DNA of 64,000 nucleotides from NCBI RefSeq assembly GCF_055900595.2, contig NZ_CM148325.1; one strand, 5' to 3'. Shown piece by piece: positions 38,982 to 50,264 of this stretch (position 1 is its first letter; each line of letters starts with the position of its first letter). The notes under the pieces were generated by a model. It saw only the letters and a program-made list of their open reading frames with translations, ran no database searches and was not told where the DNA came from. The position numbers and the translations under genes were made by a program.

Positions 38982-41261
38982 ATGAAGAAAAAAATTGAAT
39001 CCTACCAGGGAGCTGCCGGTGGTTGGGGGGCTGTCAAATCTGTAGCGAATGCAGTCCGTAAGCAGATGGATATACGCCAGGAAGTGATTGCCATGTTTGA
39101 CATGAATAAGCCAGAAGGCTTTGACTGTCCAGGATGTGCATGGCCAGATCCTAAGCACAGCGCGTCATTCGACATTTGTGAAAACGGCGCAAAAGCAATC
39201 GCCTGGGAAGTCACCGATAAGCAGGTGAATGCCTCTTTTTTCGCTGAGAATACGGTTCAATCATTACTTACCTGGGGAGATCACGAACTCGAGGCTGCGG
39301 GGCGTCTCACTCAACCTTTGAAATATGATGCCGTCAGCGACTGTTACCAGCCATTAAGCTGGCAACAAGCTTTCGACGAAATTGGCGCACGTCTTCAAAG
39401 TTATAGTGATCCAAATCAGGTTGAATTCTATACTTCGGGTCGCACTTCCAATGAAGCTGCCTTTCTTTATCAGCTTTTTGCCCGTGAATACGGTACCAAT
39501 AACTTTCCCGACTGCTCAAACATGTGCCATGAACCGACCAGCGTAGGTTTGGCTGCGAGTATCGGCGTGGGTAAAGGGACCGTGTTACTGGAAGACTTTG
39601 AGAAATGCGATTTAGTCATTTGCATTGGGCATAACCCTGGTACAAACCACCCTCGCATGCTGACTTCGTTGCGCGCTTTAGTGAAACGTGGAGCGAAAAT
39701 GATTGCCATCAATCCTCTGCAGGAGCGTGGCCTGGAGCGATTTACCGCACCACAGAACCCGTTTGAAATGCTGACGAACTCCGAGACTCAATTGGCTAGT
39801 GCTTACTATAATGTGCGCATTGGTGGCGATATGGCGTTGCTAAAGGGGATGATGCGCCTGTTAATTGAGCGCGATGATGCTGCAAGTGCTGCGGGTCGGC
39901 CCTCATTGCTGGATGACGAATTCATTCAAACGCATACCGTCGGCTTTGACGAGCTACGCCGTGACGTTCTCAATTCCGAGTGGAAAGATATCGAACGTAT
40001 TTCTGGACTAAGTCAGACACAAATCGCCGAACTTGCTGATGCATATGCCGCTGCCGAACGAACCATTATCTGTTACGGAATGGGGATCACTCAGCACGAA
40101 CATGGTACACAGAACGTACAGCAACTGATCAATCTGCTGTTGATGAAAGGTAACATTGGCAAGCCTGGTGCGGGTATCTGCCCACTACGTGGTCACTCTA
40201 ATGTACAGGGCGACCGAACCGTCGGTATCACCGAGAAACCGTCTGCAGAGTTTCTGGCTCGCCTGGGTGAGCGCTATGGCTTCACCCCACCTCATGCACC
40301 TGGACATGCTGCAATCGCCAGCATGCAAGCAATATGTACGGGGCAAGCTCGAGCATTGATCTGCATGGGGGGCAACTTTGCACTGGCAATGCCAGATCGG
40401 GAAGCGAGCGCTGTACCGTTAACGCAATTAGATCTGGCGGTACACGTTGCCACAAAGCTTAACCGCTCCCATCTGCTGACCGCACGGCATAGCTATATCC
40501 TGCCGGTTCTGGGACGTAGCGAGATTGACATGCAAAAAAGCGGTGCGCAGGCGGTAACCGTTGAGGATTCAATGTCAATGATTCATGCCTCGCGTGGCGT
40601 GTTAAAACCCGCAGGTGTCATGCTGAAATCAGAGTGTGCTGTGGTCGCGGGAATCGCGCAGGCAGCGCTCCCTCAGAGCGTGGTGGCCTGGGAGCATCTG
40701 GTGGAAGATTATGATCGCATTCGCAATGACATTGAAGCTGTGCTGCCAGAGTTCGCCGACTATAACCAGCGCATCCGCCATCCTGGTGGTTTTCACCTGA
40801 TAAACGCAGCTGCTGAAAGGCGCTGGCTGACGCCGTCAGGTAAGGCTAATTTTATTACCTGTAAAGGGTTGTTAGAAGATCCCTCTTCGGCGTTTAACAG
40901 TAAGCTGGTCATGGCGACAGTGCGCAGTCACGATCAGTACAATACGACGATTTATGGTATGGATGACCGCTATCGAGGGGTATTCGGTCAACGAGATGTG
41001 GTCTTCATGAGTGCTAAACAAGCTAAAGTTTGCGGTGTAAAAAACGGCGAAAGAGTTAATCTTATTGCGCTTACGCCAGACGGTAAGCGCAGCTCACGCC
41101 GCATGGATAGATTAAAAGTGGTCATTTACCCCATGGCTGACCGCTCACTGGTGACCTATTTTCCAGAATCGAATCACATGCTAACACTTGATAACCACGA
41201 TCCATTAAGTGGCATTCCTGGCTATAAAAGTATTCCGGTTGAATTAGAACCATCAAATTAA
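38982..41261 (+). CDS. ydeP: Molybdopterin oxidoreductase, formate-dehydrogenase-like (acid-resistance protein YdeP)
   Basis: 759-aa ORF with N-terminal Cys cluster (CPGCAWPD...C) and molybdopterin-binding domains. Confidence 0.9.
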   Translation: MKKKIESYQGAAGGWGAVKSVANAVRKQMDIRQEVIAMFDMNKPEGFDCPGCAWPDPKHSASFDICENGAKAIAWEVTDKQVNASFFAENTVQSLLTWGDHELEAAGRLTQPLKYDAVSDCYQPLSWQQAFDEIGARLQSYSDPNQVEFYTSGRTSNEAAFLYQLFAREYGTNNFPDCSNMCHEPTSVGLAASIGVGKGTVLLEDFEKCDLVICIGHNPGTNHPRMLTSLRALVKRGAKMIAINPLQERGLERFTAPQNPFEMLTNSETQLASAYYNVRIGGDMALLKGMMRLLIERDDAASAAGRPSLLDDEFIQTHTVGFDELRRDVLNSEWKDIERISGLSQTQIAELADAYAAAERTIICYGMGITQHEHGTQNVQQLINLLLMKGNIGKPGAGICPLRGHSNVQGDRTVGITEKPSAEFLARLGERYGFTPPHAPGHAAIASMQAICTGQARALICMGGNFALAMPDREASAVPLTQLDLAVHVATKLNRSHLLTARHSYILPVLGRSEIDMQKSGAQAVTVEDSMSMIHASRGVLKPAGVMLKSECAVVAGIAQAALPQSVVAWEHLVEDYDRIRNDIEAVLPEFADYNQRIRHPGGFHLINAAAERRWLTPSGKANFITCKGLLEDPSSAFNSKLVMATVRSHDQYNTTIYGMDDRYRGVFGQRDVVFMSAKQAKVCGVKNGERVNLIALTPDGKRSSRRMDRLKVVIYPMADRSLVTYFPESNHMLTLDNHDPLSGIPGYKSIPVELEPSN

Positions 41262-41274
41262 TTCGCCTCCTCAT

Positions 41275-41313
41275 TTCTTCTGCTGTCATCCGCACAGCAG
41301 AAGAATTCCTCAT
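41275..41313 (+). terminator. Rho-independent terminator after ydeP
   Basis: 12-bp stem TTCTTCTGCTGT / ACAGCAGAAGAA with CATCCGC loop, followed by TTCCTCATT. Confidence 0.5.
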
Positions 41314-41379
41314 TGACCATTGTCGCGCAATTTACTCACATGTGCTAAATTAAACTGCTCGCTATAAGATTTATACCTC

Positions 41380-41397
41380 CGCCTACAGCTGTAAGAA
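41380..41397. promoter_or_regulatory. EvgA-box-like inverted repeat (CGCCTACA-GC-TGTAAGAA) upstream of safA-ydeO
   Basis: Same motif as upstream of ydeP; safA-ydeO is a known EvgA-activated operon. Confidence 0.5.
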
Positions 41398-41508
41398 ACT
41401 CCGCTCAGTACTGAAGCACCAGTCCTATTTCCTCTTTTTTCCAGCCTGTTATATTAAGCATACTGATTAACGATTTTTAACGTTATCCGCTAAATAAACA
41501 TATTTGAA

Positions 41509-41706
41509 ATGCATGCGACCACAGTGAAAAACAAAATCACGCAAAGAGACAACTATAAAGAAATCATGTCTGTAATTGTGGTTGTCTTATTACTGACACT
41601 TACGTTGATAGCCATTTTTTCGGCAATTGATCAGCTGGGTATTACAGAAATGGGTCGCATTGCAAGAGATCTTACACATTTCATTATCAATAGTTTGCAA
41701 GACTGA
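41509..41706 (+). CDS. safA: Small membrane protein SafA (connector between EvgS/EvgA and PhoQ/PhoP)
   Basis: 65-aa ORF with a single TM helix (VIVVVLLLTLTLIAIFSAI); matches recall of SafA; directly upstream of ydeO. Confidence 0.85.
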   Translation: MHATTVKNKITQRDNYKEIMSVIVVVLLLTLTLIAIFSAIDQLGITEMGRIARDLTHFIINSLQD

Positions 41707-41780
41707 AAATAAACAGCAAATTATAAATATGAAATGTTAAAAAAGTATCGATAAAAACTTTATTGTTTTAAGGAGATAAA

Positions 41781-42542
41781 ATGTCGCTCGTTTGTTCTGT
41801 TATATTTATTCATCATGCCTTCAACGCTAACATTTTAGATAAAGATTACGCCTTCTCTGACGGCGAGATCTTGATGGTAGATAACGCTGTTCGTACGCAT
41901 TTTGAACCTTATGAGCGGCATTTTAAAGAAATCGGATTTAATGAAAATACCATTAAAAAATATCTACAATGCACTAACATCCAGACAGTGACGGTGCCTG
42001 TTCCTGCGAAGTTTTTACGTGCTTCAAATGTACCGACTGGATTGCTTAATGAAATGATTGCTTATCTCAACTCGGAAGAACGCAATCATCATAATTTTTC
42101 AGAACTTTTGCTTTTTTCTTGCCTGTCTATTTTTGCCGCATGCAAAGGTTTCATTACACTATTAACTAACGGTGTGCTATCCGTATCAGGGAAAGTGAGA
42201 AACATTGTCAATATGAAGCTGGCACACCCATGGAAACTAAAAGATATTTGTGATTGCCTGTATATTAGTGAAAGCCTGCTGAAGAAAAAACTAAAGCAAG
42301 AGCAAACGACATTCTCACAAATTCTTTTAGATGCCAGAATGCAACACGCAAAAAATTTGATACGCGTAGAAGGTTCAGTCAATAAAATTGCCGAAAAATG
42401 TGGTTATGCCAGTACATCTTATTTTATTTATGCTTTCCGCAAACATTTCGGCAACAGTCCAAAGAGAGTTTCAAAGGAGTACCGTTGTCAAAGGCACACG
42501 AATATGAACACGGGCAACACGATGAATGCTTTGGCTAATTGA
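41781..42542 (+). CDS. ydeO: AraC-family transcriptional regulator YdeO (acid resistance)
   Basis: 253-aa ORF with C-terminal AraC-type HTH. Confidence 0.85.
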   Translation: MSLVCSVIFIHHAFNANILDKDYAFSDGEILMVDNAVRTHFEPYERHFKEIGFNENTIKKYLQCTNIQTVTVPVPAKFLRASNVPTGLLNEMIAYLNSEERNHHNFSELLLFSCLSIFAACKGFITLLTNGVLSVSGKVRNIVNMKLAHPWKLKDICDCLYISESLLKKKLKQEQTTFSQILLDARMQHAKNLIRVEGSVNKIAEKCGYASTSYFIYAFRKHFGNSPKRVSKEYRCQRHTNMNTGNTMNALAN

Positions 42543-42942
42543 TTATTCGCTCACGTATAGTCAACTACAAACGCTAAGTAAGAATTAAAGGGGCAGCTAT
42601 TACCTGCCCCAATCTGTCGTTACGAATTGTATTTCATGATGAGAATTAGTGATATACATCACAAATTTATGCATCTGAATAATCTGTTTCATATTTATTT
42701 ATGATCTCAATGCAATGAATTACAAAAAAAACACATAATACCATTTAATTTCAATCATTTAGTTATTTGGCATTGTGAATTTACCTAGCTCAACAGAAAG
42801 CAATGTCAACGCGTTATGGACTATTATTTCTCTTTTTTTAGCCAAATCTGCTATCTCTTTATGTGACTCACTTCACTTACATCATCTTATTTCTCTTCGT
42901 AAAATTACTTTGGAATTAAGTACAATAAGAAGAGGAACATTT

Positions 42943-44625
42943 ATGAAGTCTGCATTGAAGAAAAGTGTCGTAAGTACCTCGATATCTTTGATACTGGCAT
43001 CTGGTATGGCTGCATTTACCGCTCATGCGGCAGATGATGTAAAGCTGAAAGCAACTAAAACAAACGTTGCTTTCTCAGACTTTACGCCGACTGAATACAG
43101 CACTAAAGGAAAGCCAAATATCATCGTACTGACCATGGATGATCTGGGTTATGGACAACTTCCTTTTGATAAGGGTTCTTTTGACCCAAAAACAATGGAA
43201 AATCGTGAAGTTGTCGATACCTACAAAATAGGGATAGATAAAGCCATTGAAGCTGCATCAAAATCGACGCCAACACTGCTTTCGTTAATGGATGAAGGTG
43301 TACGTTTTACTAACGGCTATGTGGCGCACGGGGTTTCCGGTCCCTCCCGCGCCGCAATAATGACCGGTCGAGCGCCCGCTCGTTTTGGTGTGTACTCCAA
43401 TACTGATGCTCAGGATGGTATTCCGCTGACAGAAACTTTCTTGCCTGAATTATTCCAGAATCATGGTTATTACACTGCAGCAGTAGGTAAATGGCACTTG
43501 TCAAAAATCAGTAATGTGCCAGTACCGGAAGATAAACAAACGCGTGACTATCATGACAACTTCACCACATTTTCTGCGGAAGAATGGCAACCTCAAAACC
43601 GTGGCTTTGATTACTTTATGGGATTCCACGCTGCAGGAACGGCATATTACAACTCCCCTTCACTGTTCAAAAACCGTGAACGCGTCCCCGCAAAAGGTTA
43701 TATCAGCGATCAGTTAACCGATGAGGCAATTGGTGTTGTTGATCGTGCTAAAACACTTGACCAGCCTTTTATGCTTTACCTTGCTTATAATGCTCCGCAT
43801 CTGCCAAATGATAATCCTGCACCGGAGCAATATCAGAAGCAATTTAATACCGGTAGTCAAACAGCAGATAACTACTACGCTTCCGTTTATTCTGTTGATC
43901 AGGGTGTAAAACGCATTCTCGAACAACTAAAGAAAAACGGACAGTATGACAATACAATTATTCTATTTACCTCCGATAATGGTGCAGTTATCGATGGTCC
44001 TCTGCCGCTGAACGGAGCGCAAAAAGGCTATAAGAGCCAGACTTATCCTGGCGGTACCCATACACCAATGTTTATGTGGTGGAAAGGAAAACTTCAGCCC
44101 GGTAATTATGACAAGCTGATTTCCGCAATGGATTTCTACCCGACAGCTCTTGATGCAGCCGATATCAGCATTCCAAAAGAGTTAAAATTGGATGGTGTTT
44201 CATTGCTGCCCTGGTTGCAAGATAAGAAACAAGGTGAGCCACATAAAAATCTGACATGGATAACATCTTATTCTCACTGGTTTGATGAGGAAAATATTCC
44301 CTTCTGGGATAATTACCACAAATTTGTCCGCCATCAGTCAGACGATTACCCGCATAACCCCAACACCGAAGATTTAAGCCAATTCTCTTATACGGTGAGA
44401 AATAACGATTATTCGCTAGTCTATACAGTAGAAAACAATCAGTTAGGTCTATACAAACTGACAGATCTACAGCAAAAAGATAACCTTGCCGCTGCCAATC
44501 CGCAGGTCGTTAAAGAGATGCAAGGTGTGGTAAGAGAGTTTATCGACAACAGCCAGCCACCGCTTAGCGAGGTAAATCAGGCGAAGTTTAACAATATCAA
44601 GAAAGCACTAAGCGAAGCGAAATAA
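42943..44625 (+). CDS. ydeN: Serine-type sulfatase (periplasmic)
   Basis: ORF from 42775; I start at ATG 42943 (AGAGGAA RBS; signal peptide MKSALKKSVVSTSISLILASGMAAFTAHA), giving 560 aa; sulfatase signature SGPSRAAIMTGR. Confidence 0.85.
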   Translation: MKSALKKSVVSTSISLILASGMAAFTAHAADDVKLKATKTNVAFSDFTPTEYSTKGKPNIIVLTMDDLGYGQLPFDKGSFDPKTMENREVVDTYKIGIDKAIEAASKSTPTLLSLMDEGVRFTNGYVAHGVSGPSRAAIMTGRAPARFGVYSNTDAQDGIPLTETFLPELFQNHGYYTAAVGKWHLSKISNVPVPEDKQTRDYHDNFTTFSAEEWQPQNRGFDYFMGFHAAGTAYYNSPSLFKNRERVPAKGYISDQLTDEAIGVVDRAKTLDQPFMLYLAYNAPHLPNDNPAPEQYQKQFNTGSQTADNYYASVYSVDQGVKRILEQLKKNGQYDNTIILFTSDNGAVIDGPLPLNGAQKGYKSQTYPGGTHTPMFMWWKGKLQPGNYDKLISAMDFYPTALDAADISIPKELKLDGVSLLPWLQDKKQGEPHKNLTWITSYSHWFDEENIPFWDNYHKFVRHQSDDYPHNPNTEDLSQFSYTVRNNDYSLVYTVENNQLGLYKLTDLQQKDNLAAANPQVVKEMQGVVREFIDNSQPPLSEVNQAKFNNIKKALSEAK

Positions 44626-44637
44626 CTAAACCTTCAT

Positions 44638-44663
44638 GCGGCGGATTTTTCCGCCGCCTTATT
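44638..44663 (+). terminator. Hairpin GCGGCGG-loop-CCGCCGC plus T-rich tail between ydeN and ydeM
   Basis: Seen directly; may be an attenuator, since ydeM follows within ~15 bp. Confidence 0.4.
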
Positions 44664-44676
44664 GAGCGAGATAGCG

Positions 44677-45837
44677 ATGCACGTTACAGCCAAGCCCTCC
44701 AGTTTTCAATGTAATCTCAAATGTGATTACTGTTTTTACCTTGAAAAAGAGTCGCAGTTTACTCATGAAAAATGGATGGATGACAGCACTCTGAAAGAGT
44801 TCATCAAACAATATATCGCAGCGTCTGGCAATCAGGTCTATTTTACCTGGCAAGGCGGTGAACCCACTCTGGCTGGCCTGGATTTTTTCCGTAAAGTTAT
44901 TCACTATCAACAACGCTATGCAGGCCAAAAACGTATTTTTAATGCATTACAAACGAATGGCATTTTATTGAATAATGAATGGTGTGCCTTTCTCAAAGAA
45001 CATGAGTTTCTGGTTGGTATCTCGATCGATGGACCCCAGGAGCTACATGACTATTACAGACGCAGTAATTCAGGTAACGGTACTTTTGCAAAAGTGATAG
45101 CAGCCATCGAGCGTCTGAAATCATATCAAGTAGAGTTTAATACGTTAACCGTCATTAATAACGTTAATGTCCATTACCCTCTTGAGGTTTATCATTTTTT
45201 AAAATCTATCGGCAGTAAACATATGCAATTTATCGAATTGCTCGAAACCGGGACGCCGAATATTGATTTCAGTGGTCATAGTGAGAACACATTCCGTATC
45301 ATTGATTTTTCTGTGCCTCCTACGGCTTATGGCAAGTTTATGTCAACCATTTTTATGCAATGGGTTAAAAACGATGTGGGTGAAATTTTCATCCGTCAGT
45401 TTGAAAGCTTTGTCAGCCGTTTTTTGGGGAATGGGCATACCAGCTGTATTTTCCAGGAGTCCTGCAAGGATAATCTGGTTGTTGAAAGTAATGGAGACAT
45501 TTACGAATGCGACCATTTTGTCTATCCACAGTACAAAATTGGAAACATTAATAAATCTGAACTCAAAACGATGAATAGTGTTCAACTGACAGCGCAAAAA
45601 AAACGGATTTCAGCGAAATGTCAGCAATGTGCATATAAACCTATCTGCAATGGTGGTTGCCCTAAACATCGTATTACTAAAGTAAACAATGAAACTGTTT
45701 CCTATTTTTGCGAAGGTTATAAAATCCTTTTTTCAACCATGGTGCCTTATATGAACGCCATGGTGGAGTTAGCTAAGAACAGAGTTCCACTTTACCACAT
45801 TATGGATGTTGCAAAACAAATGGAGAATAATAAATAA
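44677..45837 (+). CDS. ydeM: Anaerobic sulfatase-maturating enzyme homologue (radical SAM)
   Basis: Radical SAM motif [10 protein letters not shown] near the N-terminus and C-terminal Cys clusters (SPASM-like); start chosen at the internal Met MHVTAKPSS..., start uncertain (ORF opens at 44662). Confidence 0.8.
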   Translation: MHVTAKPSSFQCNLKCDYCFYLEKESQFTHEKWMDDSTLKEFIKQYIAASGNQVYFTWQGGEPTLAGLDFFRKVIHYQQRYAGQKRIFNALQTNGILLNNEWCAFLKEHEFLVGISIDGPQELHDYYRRSNSGNGTFAKVIAAIERLKSYQVEFNTLTVINNVNVHYPLEVYHFLKSIGSKHMQFIELLETGTPNIDFSGHSENTFRIIDFSVPPTAYGKFMSTIFMQWVKNDVGEIFIRQFESFVSRFLGNGHTSCIFQESCKDNLVVESNGDIYECDHFVYPQYKIGNINKSELKTMNSVQLTAQKKRISAKCQQCAYKPICNGGCPKHRITKVNNETVSYFCEGYKILFSTMVPYMNAMVELAKNRVPLYHIMDVAKQMENNK

Positions 45838-45887
45838 CGCACTCTATTAGCTTCAGTCTTAGCCTCCTTCTTATGAACTTAACAAGG

Positions 45888-45920
45888 CACCCGACATAAC
45901 TTCCTGTCGGGTGTTTCGTC
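45888..45920 (+). terminator. Rho-independent terminator after ydeM
   Basis: Stem CACCCGACA / TGTCGGGTG followed by TTTCGTC. Confidence 0.5.
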
Positions 45921-46124
45921 ATCATCATCTTCCCGTGCGAAAATCCTGGCTTACGAGGTATGCGTCAGGGCATTAGCAATACTCTTGATTATCAATAGCG
46001 TAACCATAACCACTGAAAATGAAATATTTCTTTATATTTCATATTGTTAAATGATACTTAAATAAATTTCATCAGTATATCATTGCCATAGATAATCATT
46101 GGATGGCACAATCAATTTTCGCTA

Positions 46125-47810
46125 ATGATAACCATTCCCATTACGTTTTGTATGTTGATAGCAAAGTATCTCTGTCTGCTGAAGCCCTTTTGGCTGCGTA
46201 AGAATAATAAAACTTCAGTGTTGTTAATCATTATTATCCTCGCCATGATCCTTGGCGTGGTTAAAATTCAGGTCTGGTTAAACGACTGGAATAATGATTT
46301 TTTCAATGCGCTAAGCCAGAAAGAAACTGATAAGCTTTGGCAGCTTGTCCTTTGGTTCCCTGCCCTGCTGGGGATCTTTGTATTAATATCCGTAAACAAA
46401 ACATGGTTAATTAAACTACTGACTATTCGCTGGCGCGAATGGTTAACAGATTACTACCTTAATCGCTGGTTTGCAGATAAAAACTACTATTTCACGCAGA
46501 TCTACGGCGAGCATAAAAATACAGATAACCCTGACCAACGTATCGCTGAAGACATTCTCTTACTGATCAGCAAAACGCTCAGCCTTTCATTTGGCTTCAT
46601 CCAGTCACTTAGCATGCTGATCACCTTTACCGTTATTCTTTGGCAAAGCGCGGGTACGCTCTCATTCACTGTTGGTGGAACTGAATGGAGTATCCCGGGG
46701 TATATGGTCTATACCGTCGTGCTCATTGTGATCGGTGGAACTTTATTTACCCATAAGGTTGGTAAACGTATTCGTCCGCTTAATGTGGAAAAACAACGTA
46801 GCGAAGCGACATTTCGAACTAATCTTGTACAGCATAATAAGCAGGCAGAACTGATTGCGCTAAGCAATGCTGAGTCTCTACAACGCCAGGAGTTGAGCGA
46901 AAATTTTCATACCATTAAAGAGAACTGGCATCGTTTAATGAATCGTCAGCGGTGGCTTGATTACTGGCAGAATATTTATTCGCGCTCGCTTAGCGTTCTT
47001 CCCTACTTTCTGTTATTGCCGCAGTTTATTAGCGGACAGATCAATCTGGGCGGACTGATGAAATCACGCCAGGCATTTATGCTGGTATCGAACAATTTAA
47101 GCTGGTTTATTTATAAATATGATGAACTTGCTGAACTGGCTGCGGTTATCGATCGCTTGTATGAGTTCCATCAACTCACCGAACAGCGCCCTACGAATAA
47201 GCCTAAAAATTGCCAACATGCGGTACAAGTGGCTGACGCGAGTATTCGTACTCCTGATAATAAGATCATATTAGAGAACCTGAACTTTCATGTTTCGCCA
47301 GGCAAATGGCTATTACTGAAAGGTTACTCTGGTGCGGGAAAAACCACACTGCTTAAAACATTATCCCACTGCTGGCCGTGGTTTAAAGGTGATATTTCGT
47401 CTCCTGCTGACAGTTGGTATGTGTCACAAACACCGTTAATCAAAAGCGGCTTACTGAAAGAGATTATTTGTAAAGCACTTCCTCTGCCCGTAGACGATAA
47501 ATCGTTGAGCGAAGTACTGCATCAGGTTGGTCTGGGGAAATTGGCTGCGCGTATTCATGACCACGATCGCTGGGGAGATATTCTTTCCAGCGGCGAAAAA
47601 CAACGTATCGCCCTGGCACGATTAATTTTACGACGTCCGAAATGGATATTTCTTGACGAAACTACCTCTCATCTTGAGGAACAAGAGGCTATCCGCTTAC
47701 TGCGTTTAGTGCGTGAAAAACTACCCACAAGCGGCGTCATTATGGTTACACATCAACCCGGTGTCTGGAACCTGGCCGATGATATTTGTGACATTAGCGC
47801 GGTTTTATAA
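46125..47810 (+). CDS. yddA: ABC transporter with fused permease and ATPase domains (SbmA/BacA-like)
   Basis: 561-aa ORF; N-terminal TM region, C-terminal ABC domain with Walker A GYSGAGKTT and signature LSSGEKQR. Confidence 0.85.
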   Translation: MITIPITFCMLIAKYLCLLKPFWLRKNNKTSVLLIIIILAMILGVVKIQVWLNDWNNDFFNALSQKETDKLWQLVLWFPALLGIFVLISVNKTWLIKLLTIRWREWLTDYYLNRWFADKNYYFTQIYGEHKNTDNPDQRIAEDILLLISKTLSLSFGFIQSLSMLITFTVILWQSAGTLSFTVGGTEWSIPGYMVYTVVLIVIGGTLFTHKVGKRIRPLNVEKQRSEATFRTNLVQHNKQAELIALSNAESLQRQELSENFHTIKENWHRLMNRQRWLDYWQNIYSRSLSVLPYFLLLPQFISGQINLGGLMKSRQAFMLVSNNLSWFIYKYDELAELAAVIDRLYEFHQLTEQRPTNKPKNCQHAVQVADASIRTPDNKIILENLNFHVSPGKWLLLKGYSGAGKTTLLKTLSHCWPWFKGDISSPADSWYVSQTPLIKSGLLKEIICKALPLPVDDKSLSEVLHQVGLGKLAARIHDHDRWGDILSSGEKQRIALARLILRRPKWIFLDETTSHLEEQEAIRLLRLVREKLPTSGVIMVTHQPGVWNLADDICDISAVL

Positions 47811-47847
47811 AAACAATAAAAGCCCTGCTGTACGGAGATAAAAATAA

Positions 47848-50220
47848 ATGAAGCGAGTTCTTATTCCTGGCGTCATTTTATGTGGCGCTGATGTGGCGCA
47901 GGCCGTCGATGACAAAAACATGTACATGCATGTTTTTGAAGAGATGACGGTCTATGCTCCTGTCCCTGTACCCGTAAACGGCAACACGCATTACACCAGT
48001 GAAAGCATCGAGCGTTTACCGACCGGGAATGGCAATATCAGCGATCTGCTGAGAACCAACCCTGCGGTGCGCATGGATTCAACGCAAAGTACCTCGTTGA
48101 ACCAGGGAGATATTCGCCCGGAGAAAATCTCTATTCACGGTGCGTCGCCCTACCAGAATGCCTATTTGATTGACGGTATTAGTGCAACTAATAACCTGAA
48201 CCCAGCGAATGAGTCCGATGCCAGTAGTGCAACCAATATTAGCGGGATGTCACAGGGCTATTATCTTGATGTCAGCTTACTCGACAATGTGACGCTTTAT
48301 GACAGTTTTGTGCCGGTTGAATTCGGTCGCTTCAATGGCGGGGTAATTGATGCAAAGATCAAACGCTTCAATGCTGATGATAGCAGCGTGAAACTGGGTT
48401 ATCGCACTACGCGTTCAAACTGGTTAACATCGCATATCGATGAGAATAACAAGAGCGCATTTAACCAAGGTTCTTCAGGAAGTACTTATTACTCTCCAGA
48501 TTTTAAAAAGAACTTTTATACTTTGGCGTTTAATCAGGAACTCGCTGATAACTTCGGCGTTACCGCCGGTTTATCGCGCCGCCAGTCTGATATCATCCGC
48601 GCGGATTATGTTTCGAATGACGGCATTGTCGCCGGCAGGGCACAGTATAAAAACGTTATCGATACTGCATTGAGCAAATTTACCTGGTTTGCCAGCGACC
48701 GCTTTACCCACGATTTAACCTTAAAATATACCGGCTCCAGCCGTGATTATAATACCAGCACCTTCCCGGAGTCTGATCGCGAAATGGGTAATAAATCCTA
48801 TGGTCTGGCATGGGATATGGATACCCAGCTCGCATGGGCCAAACTGCGTACCACCGTTGGTTGGGATCATATTAGTGATTATACCCGTCACGATCATGAC
48901 ATCTGGTACACCGAACTTTCATGTACATATGGCGATATTTCAGGGCGTTGCACCCGTGGCGGATTAGGACACATTTCCCAGGCTGTAGATAATTACACCT
49001 TCAAAACACGCCTTGACTGGCAAAAATTCGCCGTGGGTAATGTTTCGCATCAACCCTACTTCGGCGCGGAATACATCTATTCCGATGCATGGACTGAACG
49101 CCATAACCAGTCTGAATCCTATGTGATTAATGCTGCCGGAAAGAAAACTAACCATACCATTTACCATAAAGGTAAAGGCAGCCTGGGAATAGACAATTAC
49201 ACGCTGTATATGGCGGATCGCATTAGCTGGCGTAATGTGTCGTTAATGCCCGGCGTGCGGTATGACTATGATAACTATCTGTCAAACCACAATATCTCCC
49301 CGCGCTTTATGACGGAATGGGATATTTTTGCTGATCAAACCTCAATGATTACCGCAGGTTATAACCGTTACTATGGCGGGAATATTCTTGATATGGGATT
49401 ACGTGATATCCGCAATAGCTGGACGGAATCGGTATCAGGCAATAAAACCCTGACGCGTTATCAGGATTTGAAAACGCCTTATAACGATGAACTGGCAATG
49501 GGATTGCAGCAAAAAATCGGTAAGAACGTTATTGCGCGCGCAAACTATGTTTACCGTGAAGCGCATGATCAAATCAGCAAAAGCAGTCGTACCGACAGCG
49601 CGACTAAAACCACCATTACTGAATATAACAACGACGGTAAAACCAAAACGCATTCGTTCAACCTCAGTTTTGAACTGGCCGAACCCCTGCATATCAGCCA
49701 GGTAGATATTAACCCACAAATTGTCTTTAGCTATATCAAGAGCAAGGGCAACTTGTCGTTAAACAATGGTTATGAGGAGAGCAATACCGGTGATAACCGG
49801 GTGGTTTATAACGGTAATCTGGTCTCTTACGATAGCGTTCCAGTGGCGGATTTTAATAATCCACTAAAGATCTCCTTAAACATGGATTTCACGCATCAAC
49901 CGAGCGGGTTGGTGTGGGCGAATACGCTGACCTGGCAAGAAGCGCGTAAAGCTCGCATTATCCTGGGTAAGACGAATGCGCAATACATCAGCGAATATTC
50001 AGATTACAAGCAGTATGTTGACGAAAAACTGGATAGCAGCCTGACCTGGGACACCCGCTTGTCCTGGACGCCACAATTTCTGAAACAACAAAACCTGACG
50101 ATCAGTGCCGATATTCTCAATGTACTGGATAGCAAAACCGCTGTTGATACAACGAATACCGGCGTGGCGACCTACGCCAGTGGCCGTACTTTCTGGCTTG
50201 ATGTCAGCATGAAATTTTAA
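47848..50220 (+). CDS. yddB: TonB-dependent outer-membrane receptor-like protein
   Basis: 790-aa ORF with signal peptide, plug-domain region and C-terminal aromatic residue (...DVSMKF). Confidence 0.85.
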   Translation: MKRVLIPGVILCGADVAQAVDDKNMYMHVFEEMTVYAPVPVPVNGNTHYTSESIERLPTGNGNISDLLRTNPAVRMDSTQSTSLNQGDIRPEKISIHGASPYQNAYLIDGISATNNLNPANESDASSATNISGMSQGYYLDVSLLDNVTLYDSFVPVEFGRFNGGVIDAKIKRFNADDSSVKLGYRTTRSNWLTSHIDENNKSAFNQGSSGSTYYSPDFKKNFYTLAFNQELADNFGVTAGLSRRQSDIIRADYVSNDGIVAGRAQYKNVIDTALSKFTWFASDRFTHDLTLKYTGSSRDYNTSTFPESDREMGNKSYGLAWDMDTQLAWAKLRTTVGWDHISDYTRHDHDIWYTELSCTYGDISGRCTRGGLGHISQAVDNYTFKTRLDWQKFAVGNVSHQPYFGAEYIYSDAWTERHNQSESYVINAAGKKTNHTIYHKGKGSLGIDNYTLYMADRISWRNVSLMPGVRYDYDNYLSNHNISPRFMTEWDIFADQTSMITAGYNRYYGGNILDMGLRDIRNSWTESVSGNKTLTRYQDLKTPYNDELAMGLQQKIGKNVIARANYVYREAHDQISKSSRTDSATKTTITEYNNDGKTKTHSFNLSFELAEPLHISQVDINPQIVFSYIKSKGNLSLNNGYEESNTGDNRVVYNGNLVSYDSVPVADFNNPLKISLNMDFTHQPSGLVWANTLTWQEARKARIILGKTNAQYISEYSDYKQYVDEKLDSSLTWDTRLSWTPQFLKQQNLTISADILNVLDSKTAVDTTNTGVATYASGRTFWLDVSMKF

Positions 50221-50264
50221 TAGTTCGGATTTTACTTAACCGGGTAAATTCGCCCGGTTTTCGC

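Noticed and set aside
42589-42609. Hairpin GGGGCAG-CTATTAC-CTGCCCC after ydeO as a terminator
   Set aside because: No downstream T-tract on the plus strand; orientation ambiguous.
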